Of a stretch of 64,000 nucleotides of DNA, positions 28,201-38,654 are shown one piece after another; the first letter of the stretch is position 1; each line of letters begins with the position of its first letter. A program made the position numbers and the translations under genes. Source of the DNA: an uncultured Actinomycetes bacterium (GTDB lineage Bacteria > Actinomycetota > UBA4738 > HRBIN12); assembly GCA_963799625.1 (NCBI GenBank), contig CAWCXU010000001.1:143920-207919 (forward strand), given 5' to 3'. Below the pieces are notes generated by a model that did not search any database, was not told the origin of the DNA, and was given only the letters and a program-made list of their open reading frames with translations.

Positions 28201-29418
28201 GTGGGCGCCAGCACGATCGACGCGATGGTCGAGGCGACCCCCGCAGATCGCGACCGGGTCGTCGACTTCCTGCGTGCCGCGAGCATCTGTGCGGTCGTCG
28301 TCGGGCACTGGTCGATCGCGATCGTGTGGTGGGACGACGGGGTTCTCCGCACGACCAGCGCGATCGGCGTGACGTCGTGGCTCTGGCTCGCGACGTGGGT
28401 CCTGCAGGTGATGCCGATCTTCTTCTTCGTCGGGGGGTTCTCGAACCTGGTCTCCTACGATGCCGCGCGGCGCCGCGGCGAGACCACCGGGACGTTCATC
28501 AAGAGCCGGCTGGACCGGCTCCTGCGCCCGTCGCTCGTGTTCTTCGCGGTCTGGGGCTCGATCGAGCTCGCGATGCACCTGCTCGACGTCGGCGCGCCGG
28601 CCGGTCCGCACGTGTGGGGCGACACGACCCTGCTGCGGGGGTTCCTGCCCCCGGGCGCGACCCTGCCGTTCGGGCCGCTGTGGTTCCTCGGCGTCTACCT
28701 CGCGGTGGTCGCGATGGCCCCGTGGCTGATCGGGCTGCATCGCCGGTTCCGGTGGTGGGTGCCGGCCCTGATGGTGACCGGCGCCGTGGCCGCCGACGTG
28801 CTCGGGTTCATCGCCGGGTTCCACCTCCTGCGGTGGTGCAACGTCGCGTTCGTCCTGCTGCTGCCGCACCAGCTCGGGTTCTTCTACGCCGACGGCACGT
28901 TCGCGCGGCTGTCCAAGGCGGTGTGGTGGGCGATGATCGCGGTCGGGCTCGGGCTGCTGACGCTGCTGACGACCGCGCCGTTCTGGTCGCTGTTCGGCGA
29001 CGCGCGCTTCCGATGGTTCCCGGAGATCGGCTACTACCCCAAGAGTCTGCTCGGCACCGACGTCGAACGGGTGTCGAACGCGTACCCGCCGACCGTGTGC
29101 TTCCTGCTGGGCGGCATCTGGACGATCGGAGCGGTGATGCTGCTGCGCCCCGCGCTGCAACGGTGGCTGCAGGGGCGGCGTCCGTGGAAGGCGACGATCG
29201 CGGTCAACGGCGTGATCATGACCTTGTTCCTGTGGCACATGACCGCGTTCCTGTGCGCGGTGCTCGTGCTGTGGCCGCTCGGGCTGGCGCGCGAGCACGA
29301 CAGCACGGCGGCCTGGTGGCTCCAGCGCCCGCTGATCATCGGCGTGTCGGCCTTGTTCCTCGTCGGGCTGATCGCGATCTTCGGGCGGTTCGAGCGCCCG
29401 CGCCTACAGGCCCGCTGA
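28201..29418 (+). CDS. acyltransferase family 3 membrane protein
   Basis: 10-11 TM segments with conserved HW near the N-terminus. Confidence 0.75.
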   Translation: MGASTIDAMVEATPADRDRVVDFLRAASICAVVVGHWSIAIVWWDDGVLRTTSAIGVTSWLWLATWVLQVMPIFFFVGGFSNLVSYDAARRRGETTGTFIKSRLDRLLRPSLVFFAVWGSIELAMHLLDVGAPAGPHVWGDTTLLRGFLPPGATLPFGPLWFLGVYLAVVAMAPWLIGLHRRFRWWVPALMVTGAVAADVLGFIAGFHLLRWCNVAFVLLLPHQLGFFYADGTFARLSKAVWWAMIAVGLGLLTLLTTAPFWSLFGDARFRWFPEIGYYPKSLLGTDVERVSNAYPPTVCFLLGGIWTIGAVMLLRPALQRWLQGRRPWKATIAVNGVIMTLFLWHMTAFLCAVLVLWPLGLAREHDSTAAWWLQRPLIIGVSALFLVGLIAIFGRFERPRLQAR

Positions 29419-29462
29419 CCTGGGAACCACCGTCCGTCGGCGGGTGCTACCTTCGTTCAACC

Positions 29463-31073
29463 GTGCGACGACGCGAGGAGACTGCGGGCACCACCGCCGG
29501 TGGATGGCGTGCCCTCGCGTTGGCGGCGGCGGGGCTCGCGGCGATGGCGATCGTCGCCGCGGCGCCGGGATCGCCCTACCAGCCGCTCCTGACCCCTGGC
29601 GGCCAGCCGGGTGGGCCGTTGACCGCGATCGCGCAGGCCCTGCGGCTGGACCGGATCCCGGGCGACCCGGTCTTGTTCGTCGGGATCTGCGCATCGGTGC
29701 TCGCGGTCGCGGGGTTCCTCGTGCTGCTGCGCGAGGCGTTCCGCGGGCACGTTCGTGTGGCCCCGGTCGCGGTGCTCGTGGTCGGCGCGCACGCGCTGTT
29801 GTTCGGATTGCCGCTGTTGTTCTCGCGCGACGTGTACTCCTACGCCTACTACGGCCGGATCGCGGGGGTCTATAGCGGGAACCCGTACGTGCAGACCCCG
29901 CTCGACTATCCGACCGATCCGCTGTGGCGGTTCGTCGGCCCGATCTGGGTGAACACCCGCGCGGTGTACGGGCCGGCGTGGTCGACGTTGTCGAGCGGGC
30001 TCGCGACGTGGTTCCACGCACGGCCGGCCGCGCAGGTCGACGCCTATCGCATGGTGGCGCTGGTCGCGAGCCTCCTCACGTGCGCCTTGATCGTGTGGAC
30101 GGTGCACCGCCTCTGGCCGGAGCGGACCGCGTTCGCGCTCGCGGCGTTCGGCGCGAACCCGGTCGTCGTCTTCCACTCGGTCGCGAGCGGCCACAACGAT
30201 CTGTTGGTCGCGCTCATGATCGCCGCGGCGTTCGCGATGGTGGTCTCGCACCGGGAGATGCCGGCCGTCGCGCTGCTGACGTTCGGTGCCCTCGTCAAGG
30301 CGACGGCGGGGCTGCCGTTGATCCTGCTGCTCGTGTGGTGCATCGCGCGCCGGCCACCCGAGCAGCGGTGGCGGCCGGCGGTCACCCACGTGGGCCTCGC
30401 CGTCGCGATCGCACTCGCCTTCTCGTTGCCGTTCTTCCAGCTCCAGGATCCGACGCTCGGGATGCTCGACCTCGCCGGACACTCCGGATGGCTCTCGCCT
30501 GCCGCGGTCGGCTCGCACGTGGTCGACATCCTCACCTTCCACACGCTCGGCTGGGTCGTTCGCCTCGTGATCGGGATCGTGCTGCTGCGGTGGATCTGGC
30601 GGCTGTCAGTTGCGGTCTGGCGACGAACCACCGGCACCGACGTCGCCGGCGCGCCGGTGATGAGCCCGCGCGAGCAGGCCGCGACGTGGGGATGGGTGCT
30701 GATGCTCCTGATGCTGCTCGGGCCGGTGCTGATGCCCTGGTACGTGACGTGGGCGCTCCCGCTGGCGTGGGTGCTCCCGAGGGCGGCTCGCTGGACGCTC
30801 CTGGCGGTGAGCGCGATCCTCGGGGTGACGCTGTGGTCGACCGAGGCGATGCGCTACCCGGGCGCCTTCCGGTTGAACGTGTTCGTCGGGAACTGGATCG
30901 CGGTGCCGATCATCGTGGGCCTGTTGATCTGGCTCCTGCGCGACCTGCGCTCACGGATCGAGGGCGGGGGTCTGTTCGAGGACGAGGTGGGGCTGGCGGA
31001 GCCGGCGCCGCTGGTCCAGCAGTCGCCACGCGAGGAGCGCGTAGCCGAGGCCGCCGGTCAGGGCGCAGGCTAG
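29463..31073 (+). CDS. polytopic GT-C-like membrane glycosyltransferase (paralog of 22021..23697)
   Basis: shares LLFSRDVYSYAYYGRI, ASGHNDLL and PWYVTWALPLAW blocks with its paralog. Confidence 0.55.
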   Translation: MRRREETAGTTAGGWRALALAAAGLAAMAIVAAAPGSPYQPLLTPGGQPGGPLTAIAQALRLDRIPGDPVLFVGICASVLAVAGFLVLLREAFRGHVRVAPVAVLVVGAHALLFGLPLLFSRDVYSYAYYGRIAGVYSGNPYVQTPLDYPTDPLWRFVGPIWVNTRAVYGPAWSTLSSGLATWFHARPAAQVDAYRMVALVASLLTCALIVWTVHRLWPERTAFALAAFGANPVVVFHSVASGHNDLLVALMIAAAFAMVVSHREMPAVALLTFGALVKATAGLPLILLLVWCIARRPPEQRWRPAVTHVGLAVAIALAFSLPFFQLQDPTLGMLDLAGHSGWLSPAAVGSHVVDILTFHTLGWVVRLVIGIVLLRWIWRLSVAVWRRTTGTDVAGAPVMSPREQAATWGWVLMLLMLLGPVLMPWYVTWALPLAWVLPRAARWTLLAVSAILGVTLWSTEAMRYPGAFRLNVFVGNWIAVPIIVGLLIWLLRDLRSRIEGGGLFEDEVGLAEPAPLVQQSPREERVAEAAGQGAG

Positions 31074-32870
31074 CGCCGACCATCCCGGCGATCCGAGCGG
31101 CGCGCCGAGCCGCTCGAGCGTGAACCCGGCGAGCGCGAGCAGCGGGGCGGCGAACGCAGGGGCGGCCGCCACGCCGGAGGCGACGTCGCCGAGGGCGAAC
31201 CACGACCACCCGAGCCCGAGCACGAGCAACAGCAGGAACGTGCGCCACGTCGAGGCCAAGATCTTGCGCGGCGCCACCGGCGCGAGCTCGTCGGGTTGGG
31301 GCGCCAGCAACGTCGGCGACCCTTCCGTGCTGGCGACGTTGGGGTCCCACAGGGTGAGGCCCGGCGTCGCGAGCTCGGCCGGATCGCGGATCTCCTCCCC
31401 GATCACGAAGGTCAGATGCGGGCCCGGCGGGATCGCCGCGAGCGTCCGCGCCGACGCGAGGTCGTAGCGAGGGTCGCCGCGTACGGTCGGCCGCCCGGCG
31501 AGCAGGTCGCTCGGCGACCCGAGGAACACGCGCACGTCGTTCACGCGGTCCGGCGGCACCGTCGCGCGCGCGACGTTGGCGGTGTGGGTGAGCAGGAACA
31601 TCGCTTCTTCGGGGTCGGCCGAATCGGCGACGTAGACCAGCGGTGTGCCCACGGGCGAGCGATCGACCGCGATCCGCGCGGCGAGGTTCATGTGTGCGAT
31701 CTCGTCCGAGGACATATACGGGAAGGTGTCGCGCCAGTCGCGCACCGCCGGCGCGACGATCAGCGCGACGAGCACGATCCCTACCGGCCACGCGAGCCAC
31801 CAGCGACCGAGCTTCTCGCCGAGCAGGACCAGTCCGAACGCGGCGAGCAGCGGCAGACAGAACGCGAACATCAAGACCCGGTCAGGCGGGTACCACCCGG
31901 TCGCGGCGCCGAGCCCGAGCCCCAGCCCGGTGATCAGCGCCCACGACAACAGGAAGCGCCGGGCGAACCCGTGCGCGCGGAAGGCGCCGGCGAGTGCGAG
32001 CGCGCTCGTCATGAAGGGCGAGTAGCGCCGCCAGTTCACGAGGTACCGGTCGAGGTAGGACCGGCGCAACGCCTCCAACTGGTTCGTGTGTCGCAGGTAC
32101 GCGTCGGATGAGGTTTCGGCGGCGACCCGTGGCGGCCCGATCGTCGCGGCCACGAGTCCGGCGACGAAGATCGCCGCCGCGCCGCCGAGCACTGTCACCA
32201 CGCGCCCGGCGTCGGTGCGCCACCCGAAGCGGCCCTCGTGGAGCGCGGCCCACAGGCCGGTCACCGCGAGGATGCCCGCCCCGACGACGAAGAACCCCGG
32301 GTGCGTGATCGCGCCGCCCCCGAGGACGAGCGCCGCGGCGAGGGTCGCGCGGCGGGTCCGGCGCGCGAGCGCCGCGGCCGCGGCGAGGAACGCGGCGGTG
32401 AACACGAGGTTCGAGACGTAGCCGCCGCCGAGGAAGGTCGCCCACGCGCCGGCGAGCAGCCCCGCGGCGAGCCACCCGCCCCGTGGGAGCGTCCGGCCCC
32501 GCCCCCGGGCGAGCGCCGCGGCGGCGAGGCCGATCGTCGGTCCGAGCGCGTATTGCAACCCTGCGAGCGCGCCGACGAGCCCCTGGTCGAGCACCCCTTG
32601 CATCGTGCCGATCAGCGCAGGCGCTCCCGGGCGCTCGCTCGCCATCGAGATGCCGCCGAACTCGGCCACGCGCGTCCACCACAGGTAGACCGGGACGTCG
32701 GGCCCGACCGGCAGCGGGTAGCCGTGCCGCAGCGTCGGCCACAGGAACACGCGCACCAACACGGCCCCGAGGATCGCGATCAGGACGAGGTCGAGGCCCG
32801 TCCGGACGCTTCTCGTCCGTGCGCGGTGCAGCGCGATCGACGACGTGGCCACGGGCGGCGACCGTACCAC
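30951..32870 (-). CDS. large polytopic membrane protein with extracytoplasmic domain (hypothetical; possibly GT-C/YfhO-like)
   Basis: 639 aa, >10 TM segments; overlaps the convergent gene by 123 nt. Confidence 0.45.
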   Translation of the reverse strand: MVRSPPVATSSIALHRARTRSVRTGLDLVLIAILGAVLVRVFLWPTLRHGYPLPVGPDVPVYLWWTRVAEFGGISMASERPGAPALIGTMQGVLDQGLVGALAGLQYALGPTIGLAAAALARGRGRTLPRGGWLAAGLLAGAWATFLGGGYVSNLVFTAAFLAAAAALARRTRRATLAAALVLGGGAITHPGFFVVGAGILAVTGLWAALHEGRFGWRTDAGRVVTVLGGAAAIFVAGLVAATIGPPRVAAETSSDAYLRHTNQLEALRRSYLDRYLVNWRRYSPFMTSALALAGAFRAHGFARRFLLSWALITGLGLGLGAATGWYPPDRVLMFAFCLPLLAAFGLVLLGEKLGRWWLAWPVGIVLVALIVAPAVRDWRDTFPYMSSDEIAHMNLAARIAVDRSPVGTPLVYVADSADPEEAMFLLTHTANVARATVPPDRVNDVRVFLGSPSDLLAGRPTVRGDPRYDLASARTLAAIPPGPHLTFVIGEEIRDPAELATPGLTLWDPNVASTEGSPTLLAPQPDELAPVAPRKILASTWRTFLLLLVLGLGWSWFALGDVASGVAAAPAFAAPLLALAGFTLERLGAPLGSPGWSALACALTGGLGYALLAWRLLDQRRRLRQPHLVLEQTPALDP

Positions 32871-32905
32871 CGGCCGTTCAGACCCCCGCTGTTACCATCG
32901 CGCCC

Positions 32906-34291
32906 ATGCTCGATCGCGACCTCGTGTCGGAGGTGCTCGTCGCCGCGCGGCGCAAGGGCGGCGACGTCGCGGAGGTCTTCGTCGAAGAGCGGTCCTCGAC
33001 GTCGGTTCGGCTCGACGACGGGCGCGTCGAGGAGCTGACGACCGGCCTGGACCGCGGCGCCGGGGTGCGCGTGTTCCAGGGCACGACCTACGGGTACGCC
33101 TACGCGAACCGGCTCGACCGGCACTCGCTGCTGGAGGCGGCGGCTGCGGCGAGCGCCGCGTTGGCCGGCGATGCGCCGGGCGCCGTGGTCGATCTGACCG
33201 AGCGCACGGGGCCGGGGACGAACCGCGCCGAGCGCGCGGCGAGCGACGTCGACGCTGCGACGAAGGTCGGCTGGCTCCGCACGGTCGACGAGGTCGCGCG
33301 TGGCGTGAGCCCCGAGGTCGCACAGGTGACCGGGATCTATTTCGATTCGATGCAGCGGCGGCTGATCGCGACGAGCGACGGGCGATGGGTCCGTGAGGAT
33401 CGGCCTCGGATCCGGGTCGTCGCGCAGGTCGTCGCGAAGCGTGGCGACGTGATCCAGACCGGATGGCACGGCCCCGCCGCGTGCGCCGGCGTCGAGTTCC
33501 TCGATGTCCACCCGCCGGAGGTGACCGGACGTCGCGCGGCCGAACGCGCGGTCGCGATGCTGGACTCGATCCCCGCGCCCGCCGGCGAGATGGCCGTCGT
33601 CGTCGCCAACGGATGCGGCGGTGTGTTGTTCCACGAGGCGGTCGGGCACCCGCTCGAGGCCGACGCCGTCGACAAGGAGGCATCCGTCTACCGCGGCCGC
33701 ATCGGGGAGCAGTGCTCGAGCGAGCTGATCAACGGCGTCGACGACGCGACGATCCCCAACGGCTGGGGCTCCTACGACTTCGACGACGAGGGCACGCCGG
33801 CCGAGCGCACCGTGCTGTTCACCGACGGGGTGCTCGTAGGGTTCCTGCAGGATCGGATGCGCGCGGCGCGGATGGACGCGGCGACCACGGGGAACGCCCG
33901 GCGCGAGTCCTACGCGTACCCGCCGATCGTGCGCATGACGAACACGAACATCCTGCCCGGCGAGACCGACCCCGACGCGATCGTGCGCGACACCGCCGCC
34001 GGGATCTACGTGACCGGCCTCGGCGGCGGCCAGGTGAACCCCGCGAGCGGCGACTTCGTGTTCGGGGTGTCGGAGGGCTACCTGATCGAGCAGGGCGAGA
34101 TCACGACCCCCGTCCGCGGCGCGAACCTGATCGGGCGCGCGATCGACGTGATGAGCTCGGTCGACTCGGTGGGCTCGGACTTCGAGACCTGGGAGGGCGT
34201 CTGCGGCAAGGACGGCCAGGGCGCGCCCGTCGGCAGCGGCTCGCCGACGCTGCGCATCGCCAAGATCACGGTCGGAGGCACCGGTGTCTGA
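32906..34291 (+). CDS. tldD: metalloprotease TldD
   Basis: HEAVGHPLE zinc motif within the TldD fold. Confidence 0.85.
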   Translation: MLDRDLVSEVLVAARRKGGDVAEVFVEERSSTSVRLDDGRVEELTTGLDRGAGVRVFQGTTYGYAYANRLDRHSLLEAAAAASAALAGDAPGAVVDLTERTGPGTNRAERAASDVDAATKVGWLRTVDEVARGVSPEVAQVTGIYFDSMQRRLIATSDGRWVREDRPRIRVVAQVVAKRGDVIQTGWHGPAACAGVEFLDVHPPEVTGRRAAERAVAMLDSIPAPAGEMAVVVANGCGGVLFHEAVGHPLEADAVDKEASVYRGRIGEQCSSELINGVDDATIPNGWGSYDFDDEGTPAERTVLFTDGVLVGFLQDRMRAARMDAATTGNARRESYAYPPIVRMTNTNILPGETDPDAIVRDTAAGIYVTGLGGGQVNPASGDFVFGVSEGYLIEQGEITTPVRGANLIGRAIDVMSSVDSVGSDFETWEGVCGKDGQGAPVGSGSPTLRIAKITVGGTGV

Positions 34292-35630
34292 GCTTCGCGA
34301 GCTCGTGTCCGCGGCCCTCGACGCCGCCACCGACGGCGAGCAGGTCGAGGCCTACGCCGAGGAGGAACGCCGGACCGAGGTGAGCGCCCTCCGCGGCGAG
34401 GTCGAGGGCATGACCTTCGCCGAGTCGCGCGGGGTGGGGGTGCGCGTGATCCGCGACGAGCGGCTCGGCTACGCCTGGGCTGCCGACCCCACCGAGGACG
34501 AGGTCCGCGCGGCGGTCGCCGCCGCGCGGCAGAACGCCGCGCTCGCCGAGCCCGACCCTTCGAACGGGTTGCCCGACGCGGTCGCCGTCGAGCCGATGCC
34601 CGAGCTGTTCCGCGCCGAGAGCGCAGCGATCACCGCCGACGACAAGGTCCGGATGGCGCTCGACCTCGAGCGGTACACGGTCGCGCGCGACCCACGCGTG
34701 ACGAAGGTCGATCTGGCGCAGGTAGGCGACGAGGTCTCGCGGGTCGCGGTCGCGTCGACGACGGGCGTGGATCTCGCCTACGAGCGGACCGACGCGTGGG
34801 TCGTCGCGGTGACCCTCGCGGTCGAGGGCGACGACACGCAGACCGGCTTCTCGTTCACGATCGCGCGCGGGCTCGACCAGCTCGCCTGGGAGCCGATCGC
34901 CGACGAGGCCGTGGACCGGGCGGTCCAGATGCTCGGGGCCGCCAAACCGGAGACCGCGAAGGTGCCGGTGATCCTCGACCCCTTCGCGGCGTCGAACTTC
35001 CTCGGCGTGCTCGCCGGCGCGCTGAACGCCGACAACGTCTTGAAGGGACGCTCGCTGTTCGCCGACATGGTCGGCCAGGAGGTCGGGGCGCCGGCCTTCA
35101 CGCTGCTCGACGACGGACGCCGAGCCGACGGGCCGGGCTCGTGTCCGTTCGACGGTGAGGGCGTGCCGAGCGGACGGACCGAGCTGTTCACCGCCGGCGT
35201 GCTCAACGGGTTCCTGCACTCCACCTATACGGCGCATCGCGCGGGGAACGGACAGCGCTCCACCGGCAACGCGAAGCGCGGAGGCTACAAGAGCGCGCCC
35301 GGCGTCGGTACGTCGAACTTCTTCGTCGAGGCGGGGGACCGGTCCTTCGACGCGCTGCTGGCCGAGGCGGGCGGCGGCGTGCTCATCATGGACGTCAGCG
35401 GGGTGCACTCCGGTGCGAACCCGATCAGCGGCGAGTTCAGCGTCGGCGCGACCGGCAGGCGGATCGGCGCCGACGGGTCGCTCGGGGAGCCGCTCCGCGA
35501 GATGACGATCGCGTCGACGCTGCCCGAGATGCTCCAGGGCGTGCGCGCCGTCGGGAGCGACCTGCGGTTCTTCTCCAGCGTGGGGACGCCGTCGATCCTG
35601 ATCGGCGAGATGACGCTCGCCGGCGTCTAG
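34284..35630 (+). CDS. pmbA: metalloprotease PmbA/TldE
   Basis: TldD/PmbA-family sequence lacking HExxxH; overlaps tldD stop; GGAGG RBS. Confidence 0.8.
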   Translation: MSELRELVSAALDAATDGEQVEAYAEEERRTEVSALRGEVEGMTFAESRGVGVRVIRDERLGYAWAADPTEDEVRAAVAAARQNAALAEPDPSNGLPDAVAVEPMPELFRAESAAITADDKVRMALDLERYTVARDPRVTKVDLAQVGDEVSRVAVASTTGVDLAYERTDAWVVAVTLAVEGDDTQTGFSFTIARGLDQLAWEPIADEAVDRAVQMLGAAKPETAKVPVILDPFAASNFLGVLAGALNADNVLKGRSLFADMVGQEVGAPAFTLLDDGRRADGPGSCPFDGEGVPSGRTELFTAGVLNGFLHSTYTAHRAGNGQRSTGNAKRGGYKSAPGVGTSNFFVEAGDRSFDALLAEAGGGVLIMDVSGVHSGANPISGEFSVGATGRRIGADGSLGEPLREMTIASTLPEMLQGVRAVGSDLRFFSSVGTPSILIGEMTLAGV

Positions 35631-36146
35631 ATGGCGGTACGGATCGCGCTCGCCGGCGTCGGCGAGCTGTCCCGGATCGAACCGCTCACGCGCGCGTTGC
35701 ACGAGCATCACCGCACGATCGACCCCGCGATCCCGGGCGTCCCGCTGCGCGACACCGACGCATGGTGGTCGGTGCGGCGCGACCGCTACCGCGCGTGGCT
35801 CGCCGAGCCCGACACGTTCTTGCTGGTCGCCGACGACGAGGACGGCACCCCGGCCGGCTACGCGCTCGTGACGTTCCACGACCGGGACGACTCGAACGCG
35901 ACGGGGGACCGGTTCGCCGAACTGCAGTCGCTCGTGGTCGCCCCCGAGCGGCGCGGCGGCGGGCTCGGGACCGAGTTGCTCCACGAGGTCTACCGAGAGG
36001 TCCGGCGTCGCGGCGCCGAGGAGATGGTCATCGGGGTCCTGGCGACGAACGAGGACGCACGCCGGCTCTATGAGCGCGAGGGTTTCCGTCCGTGGGTGCT
36101 GCTTACCCTGGGGAAGGTGCCCGACCCCGACCGCCGCGCTAGCTGA
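35631..36146 (+). CDS. GNAT family N-acetyltransferase
   Basis: acetyl-CoA-binding motif (QSLVVAPERRGGGLGTELL). Confidence 0.75.
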   Translation: MAVRIALAGVGELSRIEPLTRALHEHHRTIDPAIPGVPLRDTDAWWSVRRDRYRAWLAEPDTFLLVADDEDGTPAGYALVTFHDRDDSNATGDRFAELQSLVVAPERRGGGLGTELLHEVYREVRRRGAEEMVIGVLATNEDARRLYEREGFRPWVLLTLGKVPDPDRRAS

Positions 36147-37716
36147 CGGTGACCGGGATCTGGTGCAGACCGGTCGCGCCGCTCGGGAACGGCGGCGCCT
36201 CGACCTCGGTCTGCACCGCGCCGTCGCCGTCCGTGGCGCGGACGGTGATCGTGTGCGCTCCCGCGACCGCCGGCCACTCGTAGCGCCACTGGCGCCAGGT
36301 GTCGGTGGTGTCCTGCGCGCCGAGCGTGGCCGAAGCCCACGGACCGCCGTCGATCTGGATCTGCACCTTCGAGATGCCGCGGTGCTGCGCCCATGCCACC
36401 CCGGCCACGACCACGGTGCCGGCGGGCACCGTGGCGCCGCGCTTGGGCACGTCGATCCGCGATTCCGTCTTGATCAGCACCTGCTCGGCCCACCCGCGCT
36501 GGACCCAGTACGCGGAGTAGGCCTCGTAGGTCGTGGCTTCGATCTGGGCGATCCATTTGCACGCCGACTCGTAGCCGTACAGGCCCGGGATCACCATCCG
36601 GACCGGGAACCCGTGCGCGAGCGGCAACGGCTCACCGTTCATCGCGACGACGAGCATCGCGTCACGTCCGTCGAGCGCGACCGACGCAGGCGTCCCCGTG
36701 GTGAAGCCGTCGGTCGAGCGCGAGACGAGCTGCGTCACGCCCGGTTGGATCCCCGCCTCGGCGAGCAGGGGCGCGAGCAGCGTGCCCGTCCATCGGGCGT
36801 TCCCGACGTAGTGGCCGCCGACCTCGTTCGACACGCACGCGAGCGTGACGTCGCGGTCGATCAGCGGGCGGGCGAGGAGTTCGTCGAAGGTCAAGGTGAT
36901 CGGCCGGTCGACCATGCCGCCGACGGTGAGCGTCCAGCCGTCGGTCTGCACCGCCGGGACGAACAGCGCCGTGTCGACCCGATAGAAGTCGTCGTTGGGC
37001 GTGATGAACGGGAGCTCGCCGGACACCTGCAGATCGGCGCCGGCGGGCGTCGGCTTGCCGATGTCGGCGATCTCGGGCAACCGCACCGCCGACCGTGACG
37101 CCGTGGCGTCGGCCCGGCGCACGAGATACTCACCGACGAACCCGGTCGCGACCGCGAGCCCCGCCGCGGCCGCGCTCCCGAATAGGAACCTGCGGCGGTC
37201 GAGCCCGCCCGGCGCCGCGGGCGGTTCCTCCGGTTCCCGCCCCCGCTCGATCACCTGGGGAAGACCGGCGCGTCCGCGGAGCCACACGAAGGCCCACAGG
37301 CCCGCCGCCGCGCCGACGATCGACGGCACCGCGGCGAGCAGCCCGTTCGATGGCCGGGTCACCGCCGCGAGCGCGCCGATCGTGCCGAGCACCACGAGCC
37401 CGATCACCCCTGCGCGGGGCCGGCGGAGCGACACGATCCCCAGCACCACCGCGCCGATCGCGAGCACGATGCCGATCCCGAGCAGCAGCGCCGTCTTGTC
37501 GTCGGTGCCGAAGGTGTCGATCGCGAACCGCTTCAGTCCCTCGGGGGACGCGTCGACCGCGGCCGCACCGACGGCCAGGACCGGCGATGTACCGGTGCCG
37601 ACCAGCCCCGCGGCGAGGGTGGCGGCCCCGATCGCCACGGCCCCGGACAGCAGGCCGATCGCGGCGCCGACCGGCCAGCCTCGGTCCGGCGGTTCATCGT
37701 CCGGTGTCGTTCCCAT
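36139..37716 (-). CDS. membrane-anchored molybdopterin-dependent oxidoreductase (sulfite-oxidase family)
   Basis: N-terminal TM region, then Mo-cofactor-binding and dimerisation domains (conserved Cys in CVSNEVGG). Confidence 0.8.
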   Translation of the reverse strand: MGTTPDDEPPDRGWPVGAAIGLLSGAVAIGAATLAAGLVGTGTSPVLAVGAAAVDASPEGLKRFAIDTFGTDDKTALLLGIGIVLAIGAVVLGIVSLRRPRAGVIGLVVLGTIGALAAVTRPSNGLLAAVPSIVGAAAGLWAFVWLRGRAGLPQVIERGREPEEPPAAPGGLDRRRFLFGSAAAAGLAVATGFVGEYLVRRADATASRSAVRLPEIADIGKPTPAGADLQVSGELPFITPNDDFYRVDTALFVPAVQTDGWTLTVGGMVDRPITLTFDELLARPLIDRDVTLACVSNEVGGHYVGNARWTGTLLAPLLAEAGIQPGVTQLVSRSTDGFTTGTPASVALDGRDAMLVVAMNGEPLPLAHGFPVRMVIPGLYGYESACKWIAQIEATTYEAYSAYWVQRGWAEQVLIKTESRIDVPKRGATVPAGTVVVAGVAWAQHRGISKVQIQIDGGPWASATLGAQDTTDTWRQWRYEWPAVAGAHTITVRATDGDGAVQTEVEAPPFPSGATGLHQIPVTVS

Positions 37717-37803
37717 ACCTCTCCGTGCGCTCGGGCTCCCAAGGCATTACGGCGCCAACGCCTCGAGGTTCAGCCGCCGCGTCCCCCACGGGTCGCCGGC
37801 GCC

Positions 37804-38643
37804 TCAGATCGTCGCCGAGCGCACCCCGGTGGCCACCAGCAGGATCGCGAGCGCCGCGACCGCCAACCGGTAGACCATGAAGATCAAGAAGTCGTGGGTT
37901 CGCAGGTACCGCAGCAGGAACCAGATCACGACGAAGCCGCTGACGCCCGCCGCCACGAACCCCGCGAGGAACTGCGGCCCGTACCCCTGGAACCCGTGCT
38001 GGACAAGCTCCGTCGTCTTGAGCCCGCCGGCGCCCGCGATGATCGGGAGCGCCAACAGGAAGGAGAAGCGCGCAGCGGCCTCGCGGTTCAGCCCGATCAA
38101 CCGGCCCGCCGTGATCGTCACGCCCGACCGCGACACCCCGGGTTGCAGCGCGAGCGCCTGCGCGATCCCGACGAACAGTCCGGTGCGCGGGCTCACCGAC
38201 TCGATGTCGCGGTCTTGCCGCGCGAGCCGGTCCACGACGTACAGGACGACGCCGAACACCGCCAACATCACGGCGATCAACACCGGCTGCCCCAGCTTGT
38301 CCTCGATCACCGATTCGAGGGTGGCGCCGGCGATCATGCCCGGGATCGTCCCGATCACGATCGCCCATGCGAGCCGCTCGTCGGGCGACCGGATCGCGCG
38401 CGCCCGGCACGACGCGATGAACGCCTTGATGTAGATCCACAGATCGTGGCGGAAGTAGATCACCGCGCCGACGAACGTTCCCATGTGCAAGGCGACGTCG
38501 AAGGTCTTGTTGAGCGCCGGGTCGTCGACGATGTGCCAGCCGAGCGCCCATGGCACGAGGATCAGGTGCCCGCTGCTCGACACGGGTGCGAACTCGGTGA
38601 TGCCCTGGACGAGGCCCAGGACGATCGCCTGCAGGATGGTCAC
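37804..38643 (-). CDS. uppP: undecaprenyl-diphosphate phosphatase
   Basis: GLVQGITEFAPVSSSGH signature over 8 TM segments. Confidence 0.9.
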   Translation of the reverse strand: MTILQAIVLGLVQGITEFAPVSSSGHLILVPWALGWHIVDDPALNKTFDVALHMGTFVGAVIYFRHDLWIYIKAFIASCRARAIRSPDERLAWAIVIGTIPGMIAGATLESVIEDKLGQPVLIAVMLAVFGVVLYVVDRLARQDRDIESVSPRTGLFVGIAQALALQPGVSRSGVTITAGRLIGLNREAAARFSFLLALPIIAGAGGLKTTELVQHGFQGYGPQFLAGFVAAGVSGFVVIWFLLRYLRTHDFLIFMVYRLAVAALAILLVATGVRSATI

Positions 38644-38654
38644 GGCGGGCGAGT

